This document shows positions 17,737 to 25,415 of a DNA stretch of 32,800 nt, piece after piece; position 1 is the first letter of the stretch; every line of letters starts with the position of its first letter. Below the pieces are notes generated by a model. That model did not search any database. It was not told the DNA's origin and saw only the letters and a list, made by a program, of their open reading frames with translations. Origin of the DNA: an uncultured bacterium (GTDB lineage: Bacteria > Cloacimonadota > Cloacimonadia > Cloacimonadales > Cloacimonadaceae). The stretch is from assembly GCA_964292625.1 (NCBI GenBank), contig CAXYWN010000001.1, positions 1 to 32,800 on the forward strand, in the 5' to 3' direction. A program made the translations under genes and the position numbers.

Positions 17737-17881
17737 AGTTGAGAGTTGAGAGTTGAGAGTCGGACTGGATTCCAGCCTGCGCTGGAATGACGGGCTTCTG
17801 AGAGTTGGACTGGATTCCAGCCTGACCACCCCCCCGGATCGCAAGCAATCCGTCGGGGACCCCGGGCGCTGGAATGACGGG
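17737..17881. repeat. Composite heptamer/palindrome site E1
   Basis: About three heptamer units, then two GGACTGGATTCCAGCCTG-CGCTGGAATGACGGG units. The second unit has a 42-bp insert (17825-17866). Confidence 0.9.
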
Positions 17882-17910
17882 TGCTGCGGGGGAAGAGCAG
17901 GTGAGAACAA

Positions 17911-17936
17911 GTAAAGTAAAGGGGGCTTGCGCCCCC
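17911..17936 (-). terminator. Intrinsic terminator after the 316-aa gene (second copy at 21128-21153)
   Basis: On the - strand GGGGGC-GCAA-GCCCCC is followed by TTTACTTTAC, 4 bp after the stop codon. Confidence 0.7.
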
Positions 17937-17940
17937 CAAT

Positions 17941-18891
17941 TTAGACAGATGCGGATACAGAGCCGCCTCCCTCTTTTTCAGCGGTTGCCGATATCTTGGG
18001 GCTTGCTGCCGCAAGCCCCTGTAAGACATTGGGAATCTGTTGCAGAGTTGTCTGGCGAAGGTCTTCCTCGTTTTTGATGCGAGCATACACCAGGGAAGGA
18101 ACGGAACCCTTGAAGACCCCGTTCAGGTGCTTATCCAGGAGTGCAACAGGCAGCCCGCGATCGGACAGGAAGCGGCGGGATTCCGCTATCTCTGCCATCG
18201 TCTCCGCCAGGGCATCCCGCGCCGCGGCTTGGGTCTGTACTACCGTCAGCTTCTGCTTCTTAATCTCATCCGACTGGCTCTTCAGGGTTTGCCGAGTGGC
18301 AGCCAGAACGCTCTCCTTCTCTTGCAGCCTGCGGCGAAGGGTGCGGTTGGATTCACCTTCTTTGATCTCATTAGCAGTTTGTGCCTCGCCCCAGATTTTG
18401 ACGACAGATTCTATGCTCAGCAGACGTTTGTTGAGAGTTGAGAGTTGAGAGTTGAGAACGGAAGGCACAAGCCCCACATCTTCTTTCAGGCTGCCGAAGG
18501 CACCGCTCAGCGTCACTATATGTTTGCTTAGGCTGTTTGTCCAGGCCTCTGTATCGTCATGCACAATATTGAGATTGGAGCGGATCTGCAAAGCTATTTC
18601 CTGGTTGGATTGCGCCAACACGTCCAGATGAGAAATGCGTTTGCGCAATTCGCCACGTTCCATTCTCAATTCGCCTTCCTCAGCCGGGTTCTGCAGCTCT
18701 TGCAGCCGGGTTTCAGCCTCCTTTTGCCTGCGCGTGATGGCGCCTGTTTCGTTCCAGGTTTTGAAGGAGAGGATCTCGATGTTGTCGAGCAGGCCGAAGA
18801 GGCGCCTGTTTAGCTGTCTATCCTTGCGGTTGCTGAAGAAGAAAGTGATCAGCAGACAGGCGGTGACGATGATCGTGATTGTGAGGTTCAT
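17941..18891 (-). CDS. Membrane-anchored coiled-coil phage protein, 316 aa (copy 1)
   Basis: GGAGG RBS, N-terminal hydrophobic helix and long helical stretches. Contains an in-frame heptamer tract (LNSQLSTLN). Confidence 0.75.
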   Translation of the reverse strand: MNLTITIIVTACLLITFFFSNRKDRQLNRRLFGLLDNIEILSFKTWNETGAITRRQKEAETRLQELQNPAEEGELRMERGELRKRISHLDVLAQSNQEIALQIRSNLNIVHDDTEAWTNSLSKHIVTLSGAFGSLKEDVGLVPSVLNSQLSTLNKRLLSIESVVKIWGEAQTANEIKEGESNRTLRRRLQEKESVLAATRQTLKSQSDEIKKQKLTVVQTQAAARDALAETMAEIAESRRFLSDRGLPVALLDKHLNGVFKGSVPSLVYARIKNEEDLRQTTLQQIPNVLQGLAAASPKISATAEKEGGGSVSASV

Positions 18892-19451
18892 TTTTCCTCC
18901 TGGAGAAGATACGCAGGATTGGCATCGTGCGCTACGGGGGTGGTGGGGTTGGGGATGATTTCCTCAATTTTGGGGGTGATGGTGATGTTATCGACGGTTT
19001 GCCGTTGGCAGGACAGCTTTGCCAGTTCGATGTCCGAAAGCGCCTTGAGCATGTCCTTGTTGGGTGCTTCGGTGACGTTGATGAAGTCTGCCATACCCAT
19101 AGCTTTGAGTACTTTGAGGCAGATAGCTTTGGAGATGATCTTGACAGATGTGCTGACGCGCATACTGATGGATCCGTGGCTGAGTTCTTTGCTGCGGTCC
19201 TTCACAAATTCATCTTTGTGAGACGTGGCGAACTCGCCGATGGAGGAGTTGAGCTCCTCTATTTCAGACAGAAGCGGAGCTGCGTTGGCGTCGAACTTGG
19301 CAGTTATCTCGCTGACCAGCTCCGTCTTTTGGTTTTCGAGTTCCCGTTTTTGCACGGTGAGCTCGCCCAGGCGTTTGAGGGAGAGATTGACCTCTTCCCA
19401 GCTTGCGAGTACCACGGTCGGTACTGCATTTTTCACTTGTTTTTTTGCCAT
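18888..19451 (-). CDS. gam: Mu Gam-like host-nuclease inhibitor (copy 1)
   Basis: AAGGAGG RBS at 19451; SWEEVN..LKRLGEL...I..F...HKDEF...RSKEL.HG.I..R...FI.V.E.PNKD.L pattern. An alternative coupled start is at 19502. Confidence 0.82.
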   Translation of the reverse strand: MAKKQVKNAVPTVVLASWEEVNLSLKRLGELTVQKRELENQKTELVSEITAKFDANAAPLLSEIEELNSSIGEFATSHKDEFVKDRSKELSHGSISMRVSTSVKIISKAICLKVLKAMGMADFINVTEAPNKDMLKALSDIELAKLSCQRQTVDNITITPKIEEIIPNPTTPVAHDANPAYLLQEEK

Positions 19452-19498
19452 TGGTTCCTCCTTGGCAGGGTTTTTTTGGGGGGGTTGGTTAAACATAT

Positions 19499-19885
19499 TC
19501 ATGGTAGCGCCTTGCGCACCAGCGCATAGACAGCCGTCACCTGTGCATGGCTGCACTCGCGGAGGCTTTCTCCGTAGCCCCAGAGTTCCATCTGCTGATG
19601 CAGCCAAGAGATATCTTTGCCAGCGCGGGAGACATGGCTCATAATGGCACCGTGGAGGCGTTTTTTGGCATCGTGGGCAGCTTTGGCGGCGTAGGGCTTG
19701 AGGGTAGCAATCGCCTGGCGCGTCTGCTTTTCATCCAGGACGTTGGCGTGGGTGACCTGGAAGGTTTTGAGCAGGTAGGCGGCGAAGCGGGAGTACTGTT
19801 CATGGGGAACAGCCTTGTCCCAGCCTGCTTTGCGGACGAGCGACCAGAGGTATTTTTGTTGGGTGGCGAATTCAGCTTTGGGCAT
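19499..19885 (-). CDS. Mu GemA/gp16-like (DUF1018-like) protein (copy 1)
   Basis: TAAGGAG RBS; Q.KYLW.L....GWD...F..YL...F.V.H...L...Q...AI..LK pattern, roughly repeated twice; adjacent to gam. Confidence 0.55.
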   Translation of the reverse strand: MPKAEFATQQKYLWSLVRKAGWDKAVPHEQYSRFAAYLLKTFQVTHANVLDEKQTRQAIATLKPYAAKAAHDAKKRLHGAIMSHVSRAGKDISWLHQQMELWGYGESLRECSHAQVTAVYALVRKALP

Positions 19886-19912
19886 GGTTACTCCTTAGTT
19901 GAGAAGGTTTCA

Positions 19913-20218
19913 TTAGAAGCCGGCGAGGTACCAGAAGGGGAGGAGTCCAAGGCTCATACCGAGGAGTCCGGCGAGGATGTCCAGGATGGTGTCGAGCCAG
20001 CGGCTGCGGAGGTATTCCTTGAGAGAGAGATTAGATGCTATGTATTGGTTGCGTTCGGTGTTGAGGATGAGTATGACGCCGAGGAAGACGCCCCACCACC
20101 AGAGATAGGCTTGAGTGTTGGGCAGCCGGTTAATCAGCCAGTGGAGGAAGCCTGCGGTTAGGCAGATGATGAAGGGGACGAGGAAGTGTTTGAGGGTGTT
20201 AGTGATGGGTTGTTTCAT
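19913..20218 (-). CDS. Small multi-pass membrane protein (copy 1)
   Basis: AAGGAG RBS; three hydrophobic segments in 101 aa. Confidence 0.7.
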   Translation of the reverse strand: MKQPITNTLKHFLVPFIICLTAGFLHWLINRLPNTQAYLWWWGVFLGVILILNTERNQYIASNLSLKEYLRSRWLDTILDILAGLLGMSLGLLPFWYLAGF

Positions 20219-20469
20219 TGGGTGGCTCCTTTATTAGTTGAGAGTTGAGAGTTGGTCTGGATTCCAGCCTGCGCTGGAATGACGGGCTTCGGAGAGTGGA
20301 GAGTGGGACTGGATTCACTCTCATACTTCTGCTGCCAGTATTGGGCCCACATAGTGCGCTGCTGCAAACAGCGGGTCAAGTCGGCTACGTCTTTGCTGGC
20401 TCCGCAGAGCACCGCCAGCAGCAGGCAGGTGATCAGGATGGCGTAGATGATGAGTGCGACGATAATCAT
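20215..20469 (-). CDS. Small membrane protein whose C-terminus is encoded by repeat site E3 (copy 1)
   Basis: TAAGGAG RBS, N-terminal hydrophobic helix, ATGA overlaps at both ends, and tail KPVIPAQAGIQTNSQLSTN. Confidence 0.68.
   Translation of the reverse strand: MIIVALIIYAILITCLLLAVLCGASKDVADLTRCLQQRTMWAQYWQQKYESESSPTLHSPKPVIPAQAGIQTNSQLSTNKGATQ
20236..20316. repeat. Composite site E3 inside the 84-aa gene (copy at 23453-23533)
   Basis: AGTTGAGAGTTGAGAGTTGG-TCTGGATTCCAGCCTGCGCTGGAATGACGGGCTTC, then GGAGAGT variants and a half palindrome. Confidence 0.88.
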
Positions 20470-20954
20470 GATAGCTCCTTAGGTTTCTTTATTTTGCTTG
20501 TGTGGATCAGTTCTGCACTATAGCTGCCCAGGGGGCGGTAAATATGGGCGAGATATACCTTATGTTGCCTGATACCGTCTTGCTGCGGCAGCCAAAGGGA
20601 TATGAGATTGCCACTGCGCTCCATCGCCCGCAGATAGCGGCTCAGGGCAGTGGTTTTCAGACCGATATGGGGCAGGAGATACTTCAGGCTGCGCCACTTG
20701 GTGCAAGCCTCAAAGATGCGGCGTTGGGTGGGCTCCTGGAACTTCCAGTCGTACCAGCTCCGGGACTGTTTCTCCGGAAGCGGAGGTTTGAGTAGATAAA
20801 TGCCCAAGTCCAGGCGCAGGACATGGTCGAGGTCTTCCTGCTCGGAGAGGATTTCCAACGCTCTGGGGAGGGGGAAGCCAGTGAGGGCAGTGAATTCTTC
20901 GATGGTAAAGATTCCAGAGCCGTGGATGCGGGCGAAGCGGCTGAAGATAACCCA
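20466..20954 (-). pseudogene. 5'-truncated gene, possibly winged-helix DNA-binding (copy 1)
   Basis: About 160 codons end in an ATGA overlap with the next gene. Upstream the frame runs straight into repeat DNA with no RBS or ATG, and the N-termini of the two copies differ. Confidence 0.55.
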
Positions 20955-21098
20955 GTTGGGAGTTGAGAGTTGAGAGTTGGACTGGATTCCAGCCTGCGCT
21001 GGAATGACGGGCTTCTGAGAGTTGGACTGGATTCCAGCCTGACCACCCCCCCGGATCGCAAGCAATCCGTCGGGGACCCCGGGCGCTGGAATGACGGG
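20954..21098. repeat. Composite site E4, the junction of the tandem duplication
   Basis: Left part matches 24171-24194 and right part matches 17762-17881, joined at base 20978. Confidence 0.9.
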
Positions 21099-21157
21099 TG
21101 CTGCGGGGGAAGAGCAGGTGAGAACAAGTAAAGTAAAGGGGGCTTGCGCCCCCCAAT

Positions 21158-22108
21158 TTAGACAGATGCGGATACAGAGCCGCCTCCCTCTTTTTCAGCG
21201 GTTGCCGATATCTTGGGGCTTGCTGCCGCAAGCCCCTGTAAGACATTGGGAATCTGTTGCAGAGTTGTCTGGCGAAGGTCTTCCTCGTTTTTGATGCGAG
21301 CATACACCAGGGAAGGAACGGAACCCTTGAAGACCCCGTTCAGGTGCTTATCCAGGAGTGCAACAGGCAGCCCGCGATCGGACAGGAAGCGGCGGGATTC
21401 CGCTATCTCTGCCATCGTCTCCGCCAGGGCATCCCGCGCCGCGGCTTGGGTCTGTACTACCGTCAGCTTCTGCTTCTTAATCTCATCCGACTGGCTCTTC
21501 AGGGTTTGCCGAGTGGCAGCCAGAACGCTCTCCTTCTCTTGCAGCCTGCGGCGAAGGGTGCGGTTGGATTCACCTTCTTTGATCTCATTAGCAGTTTGTG
21601 CCTCGCCCCAGATTTTGACGACAGATTCTATGCTCAGCAGACGTTTGTTGAGAGTTGAGAGTTGAGAGTTGAGAACGGAAGGCACAAGCCCCACATCTTC
21701 TTTCAGGCTGCCGAAGGCACCGCTCAGCGTCACTATATGTTTGCTTAGGCTGTTTGTCCAGGCCTCTGTATCGTCATGCACAATATTGAGATTGGAGCGG
21801 ATCTGCAAAGCTATTTCCTGGTTGGATTGCGCCAACACGTCCAGATGAGAAATGCGTTTGCGCAATTCGCCACGTTCCATTCTCAATTCGCCTTCCTCAG
21901 CCGGGTTCTGCAGCTCTTGCAGCCGGGTTTCAGCCTCCTTTTGCCTGCGCGTGATGGCGCCTGTTTCGTTCCAGGTTTTGAAGGAGAGGATCTCGATGTT
22001 GTCGAGCAGGCCGAAGAGGCGCCTGTTTAGCTGTCTATCCTTGCGGTTGCTGAAGAAGAAAGTGATCAGCAGACAGGCGGTGACGATGATCGTGATTGTG
22101 AGGTTCAT
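21158..22108 (-). CDS. Membrane-anchored coiled-coil phage protein (copy 2)
   Basis: Translation identical to 17941-18891. Confidence 0.75.
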   Translation of the reverse strand: MNLTITIIVTACLLITFFFSNRKDRQLNRRLFGLLDNIEILSFKTWNETGAITRRQKEAETRLQELQNPAEEGELRMERGELRKRISHLDVLAQSNQEIALQIRSNLNIVHDDTEAWTNSLSKHIVTLSGAFGSLKEDVGLVPSVLNSQLSTLNKRLLSIESVVKIWGEAQTANEIKEGESNRTLRRRLQEKESVLAATRQTLKSQSDEIKKQKLTVVQTQAAARDALAETMAEIAESRRFLSDRGLPVALLDKHLNGVFKGSVPSLVYARIKNEEDLRQTTLQQIPNVLQGLAAASPKISATAEKEGGGSVSASV

Positions 22109-22668
22109 TTTTCCTCCTGGAGAAGATACGCAGGATTGGCATCGTGCGCTACGGGGGTGGTGGGGTTGGGGATGATTTCCTCAATTTTGGGGGTGATGGT
22201 GATGTTATCGACGGTTTGCCGTTGGCAGGACAGCTTTGCCAGTTCGATGTCCGAAAGCGCCTTGAGCATGTCCTTGTTGGGTGCTTCGGTGACGTTGATG
22301 AAGTCTGCCATACCCATAGCTTTGAGTACTTTGAGGCAGATAGCTTTGGAGATGATCTTGACAGATGTGCTGACGCGCATACTGATGGATCCGTGGCTGA
22401 GTTCTTTGCTGCGGTCCTTCACAAATTCATCTTTGTGAGACGTGGCGAACTCGCCGATGGAGGAGTTGAGCTCCTCTATTTCAGACAGAAGCGGAGCTGC
22501 GTTGGCGTCGAACTTGGCAGTTATCTCGCTGACCAGCTCCGTCTTTTGGTTTTCGAGTTCCCGTTTTTGCACGGTGAGCTCGCCCAGGCGTTTGAGGGAG
22601 AGATTGACCTCTTCCCAGCTTGCGAGTACCACGGTCGGTACTGCATTTTTCACTTGTTTTTTTGCCAT
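22105..22668 (-). CDS. gam: Mu Gam-like host-nuclease inhibitor (copy 2)
   Basis: Translation identical to 18888-19451. Confidence 0.82.
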   Translation of the reverse strand: MAKKQVKNAVPTVVLASWEEVNLSLKRLGELTVQKRELENQKTELVSEITAKFDANAAPLLSEIEELNSSIGEFATSHKDEFVKDRSKELSHGSISMRVSTSVKIISKAICLKVLKAMGMADFINVTEAPNKDMLKALSDIELAKLSCQRQTVDNITITPKIEEIIPNPTTPVAHDANPAYLLQEEK

Positions 22669-22715
22669 TGGTTCCTCCTTGGCAGGGTTTTTTTGGGGGG
22701 GTTGGTTAAACATAT

Positions 22716-23102
22716 TCATGGTAGCGCCTTGCGCACCAGCGCATAGACAGCCGTCACCTGTGCATGGCTGCACTCGCGGAGGCTTTCTCCGTAGCCCCAG
22801 AGTTCCATCTGCTGATGCAGCCAAGAGATATCTTTGCCAGCGCGGGAGACATGGCTCATAATGGCACCGTGGAGGCGTTTTTTGGCATCGTGGGCAGCTT
22901 TGGCGGCGTAGGGCTTGAGGGTAGCAATCGCCTGGCGCGTCTGCTTTTCATCCAGGACGTTGGCGTGGGTGACCTGGAAGGTTTTGAGCAGGTAGGCGGC
23001 GAAGCGGGAGTACTGTTCATGGGGAACAGCCTTGTCCCAGCCTGCTTTGCGGACGAGCGACCAGAGGTATTTTTGTTGGGTGGCGAATTCAGCTTTGGGC
23101 AT
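22716..23102 (-). CDS. Mu GemA/gp16-like protein (copy 2)
   Basis: Translation identical to 19499-19885. Confidence 0.55.
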   Translation of the reverse strand: MPKAEFATQQKYLWSLVRKAGWDKAVPHEQYSRFAAYLLKTFQVTHANVLDEKQTRQAIATLKPYAAKAAHDAKKRLHGAIMSHVSRAGKDISWLHQQMELWGYGESLRECSHAQVTAVYALVRKALP

Positions 23103-23129
23103 GGTTACTCCTTAGTTGAGAAGGTTTCA

Positions 23130-23435
23130 TTAGAAGCCGGCGAGGTACCAGAAGGGGAGGAGTCCAAGGCTCATACCGAGGAGTCCGGCGAGGATGTCCA
23201 GGATGGTGTCGAGCCAGCGGCTGCGGAGGTATTCCTTGAGAGAGAGATTAGATGCTATGTATTGGTTGCGTTCGGTGTTGAGGATGAGTATGACGCCGAG
23301 GAAGACGCCCCACCACCAGAGATAGGCTTGAGTGTTGGGCAGCCGGTTAATCAGCCAGTGGAGGAAGCCTGCGGTTAGGCAGATGATGAAGGGGACGAGG
23401 AAGTGTTTGAGGGTGTTAGTGATGGGTTGTTTCAT
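23130..23435 (-). CDS. Small multi-pass membrane protein (copy 2)
   Basis: Translation identical to 19913-20218. Confidence 0.7.
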   Translation of the reverse strand: MKQPITNTLKHFLVPFIICLTAGFLHWLINRLPNTQAYLWWWGVFLGVILILNTERNQYIASNLSLKEYLRSRWLDTILDILAGLLGMSLGLLPFWYLAGF

Positions 23436-23686
23436 TGGGTGGCTCCTTTATTAGTTGAGAGTTGAGAGTTGGTCTGGATTCCAGCCTGCGCTGGAATGAC
23501 GGGCTTCGGAGAGTGGAGAGTGGGACTGGATTCACTCTCATACTTCTGCTGCCAGTATTGGGCCCACATAGTGCGCTGCTGCAAACAGCGGGTCAAGTCG
23601 GCTACGTCTTTGCTGGCTCCGCAGAGCACCGCCAGCAGCAGGCAGGTGATCAGGATGGCGTAGATGATGAGTGCGACGATAATCAT
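23432..23686 (-). CDS. Small membrane protein with repeat-encoded tail (copy 2)
   Basis: Translation identical to 20215-20469. Confidence 0.68.
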   Translation of the reverse strand: MIIVALIIYAILITCLLLAVLCGASKDVADLTRCLQQRTMWAQYWQQKYESESSPTLHSPKPVIPAQAGIQTNSQLSTNKGATQ

Positions 23687-24171
23687 GATAGCTCCTTAGG
23701 TTTCTTTATTTTGCTTGTGTGGATCAGTTCTGCACTATAGCTGCCCAGGGGGCGGTAAATATGGGCGAGATATACCTTATGTTGCCTGATACCGTCTTGC
23801 TGCGGCAGCCAAAGGGATATGAGATTGCCACTGCGCTCCATCGCCCGCAGATAGCGGCTCAGGGCAGTGGTTTTCAGACCGATATGGGGCAGGAGATACT
23901 TCAGGCTGCGCCACTTGGTGCAAGCCTCAAAGATGCGGCGTTGGGTGGGCTCCTGGAACTTCCAGTCGTACCAGCTCCGGGACTGTTTCTCCGGAAGCGG
24001 AGGTTTGAGTAGATAAATGCCCAAGTCCAGGCGCAGGACATGGTCGAGGTCTTCCTGCTCGGAGAGGATTTCCAACGCTCTGGGGAGGGGGAAGCCAGTG
24101 AGGGCAGTGAATTCTTCGATGGTAAAGATTCCAGAGCCGTGGATGCGGGCGAAGCGGCTGAAGATAACCCA
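23683..24171 (-). pseudogene. 5'-truncated possible winged-helix gene (copy 2)
   Basis: Same body as 20466-20954. Upstream it runs into site E5, with only a TTG at 24252 and no RBS. Confidence 0.55.
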
Positions 24172-24264
24172 GTTGGGAGTTGAGAGTTGAGAGTGGGCTG
24201 GAGAACCTGAGAAGCCGATCCAACTCTCAACTCTGGACTCTATGGCTCTCAACTAAATAAGGAG
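24171..24264. repeat. Site E5 at the strand switch: inverted heptamer arms around a 28-bp core, then leader and RBS
   Basis: AGAGTTGAGAGT (24183-24194), core 24195-24222, ACTCTCAACTCT (24223-24234), then GGACTCTATGGCTCTCAACTAAATAAGGAG. Confidence 0.9.
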
Positions 24265-24270
24265 TAACAG

Positions 24271-25278
24271 ATGCGTTTGATGATCTTTAAGGGCAGCAGC
24301 CAGCCGGAGCGGCAGAAGCTGGAAAGCGGCAGACCCTATGACGTGACCCAACTGATCGAGGCATATTATCAGAATGCGTATCACGCCACCTGTGTGAATC
24401 TGAAGGCGATCTGCATCCTGGGCGACGGGGTGGAGAATCCGGAGGTGCAGAACCGCCTGGCGGAGAGTGTGCGCCAGGATAGTGTATTCACCCTTCTGCA
24501 AAAGACGATCCTGGATCTGCGCATCTTTGGGGATGCCTTTTGGGAAGTGGTGCATACCGGCAGCGGTATTGAAATTTACCACATGCCTTCCTGGACGGTG
24601 AGCGCAGCCGCGGATGGCGGCTGGGTGCAGGAATTGGGCAGCGGAAAAGTGAACTTTGCCGAGGATCAGGTCTGGCACTTCCGGGAGCCAGGGATGCTGA
24701 GCCAGATCTGGGGCTGTCCGGATTATCTGCCCCTGATCGAGGATAAGACGCTGGAGACCTTTAGCACCATCAAGACCTATAACAAGAACTTCTTTGGCAA
24801 CAACGCCATCCCGGATAGCATCATGTTCATCAAGGGTGGTGATCTGGGTCCGGCTACGGAGAGTGGTTTGCGGCGGTTTTTCCGGGAGAAGTTTTTGGGA
24901 GTGGAGAATGCGGCGAAGTTTTGCGTAGCCCCACTGCCGGAGGGCGTGGAAGTGCAATTGGAGCGGCTGCAGCAGACCAGTGACGGTAAGTTCCTGGAGC
25001 TCAAGGACAGTATGATCATGGAGATAGTGAGCTGTCATGGAGTGCCGCCGCGCCTGGCGGGGATCATGATCCCGGGTAGTTTGGGCGGGGGAGGCGAGGC
25101 TGCAGGCGAGATGAAGATATTCCTCAATACGCGCATCAAGCCGCTGCAGAACATCTTTGGCGGGCAGTTGGATGAGTTTTTCGCCTCCGTGCTGGGGATG
25201 AAAACGGATATCACCTTCAAGGCTTTTGATGTGCTGCCAAGCGAGTCTGAAAGCGCTCTGGCGATGCTGAAGAGTTGA
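24271..25278 (+). CDS. Phage portal protein (PBSX / P2 gpQ-like)
   Basis: NAYHATC..LK, FGDAFWEV, WG.PDY, YNKNFFGNNAIP, G.ENA.K, D.KFLELK and HGVPP.L.GI..PG.LG motifs. Confidence 0.88.
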   Translation: MRLMIFKGSSQPERQKLESGRPYDVTQLIEAYYQNAYHATCVNLKAICILGDGVENPEVQNRLAESVRQDSVFTLLQKTILDLRIFGDAFWEVVHTGSGIEIYHMPSWTVSAAADGGWVQELGSGKVNFAEDQVWHFREPGMLSQIWGCPDYLPLIEDKTLETFSTIKTYNKNFFGNNAIPDSIMFIKGGDLGPATESGLRRFFREKFLGVENAAKFCVAPLPEGVEVQLERLQQTSDGKFLELKDSMIMEIVSCHGVPPRLAGIMIPGSLGGGGEAAGEMKIFLNTRIKPLQNIFGGQLDEFFASVLGMKTDITFKAFDVLPSESESALAMLKS

Positions 25279-25410
25279 GAGTTGAACTGGGTTTGAGGAT
25301 GGAGAATAAAGAAATGAGTGAAAAGAACTGGATTCCAGCCGGAGCGGCAATGACGGCTATGCTTGGAATCCAGTCCAACTCTCAACTCTCAACTCTCAAC
25401 TTTCAACTCT
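25271..25410. repeat. Composite site E6 between portal and terminase
   Basis: AGAGTTGAGAGTTG, then inverted ACTGGATTCCA (25327-25337)/TGGAATCCAGT (25364-25374), then about five CAACTCT units. Confidence 0.88.
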
Positions 25411-25415
25411 AAATT

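Larger units (their letters stand above)
17762..24194. repeat. Tandem duplication with 3217-bp period (17762-20977 and 20979-24194)
   Basis: All internal ORFs recur at +3217 with identical translations. Identity stops at 17761/20978 and 20978/24195. Confidence 0.97.

Noticed and set aside
17596-18086. Track ORF starts at 18086 (164 aa) and 17715 (479 aa)
   Set aside because: The extensions run through a terminator, repeat DNA or another gene. The supported starts are 17720 (RBS) and 17595 (ATGA coupling).
17326-18657. Shared 15-mer GCGCAATTCGCCACG in the MuF and 316-aa genes
   Set aside because: Both encode RGELR in frame with no flanking similarity, so coincidence is plausible.
17762-24194. 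Duplicated block as a DGR template/variable repeat pair
   Set aside because: The copies appear identical with no adenine-specific differences, are far longer than a DGR repeat, and no reverse transcriptase is in the window.
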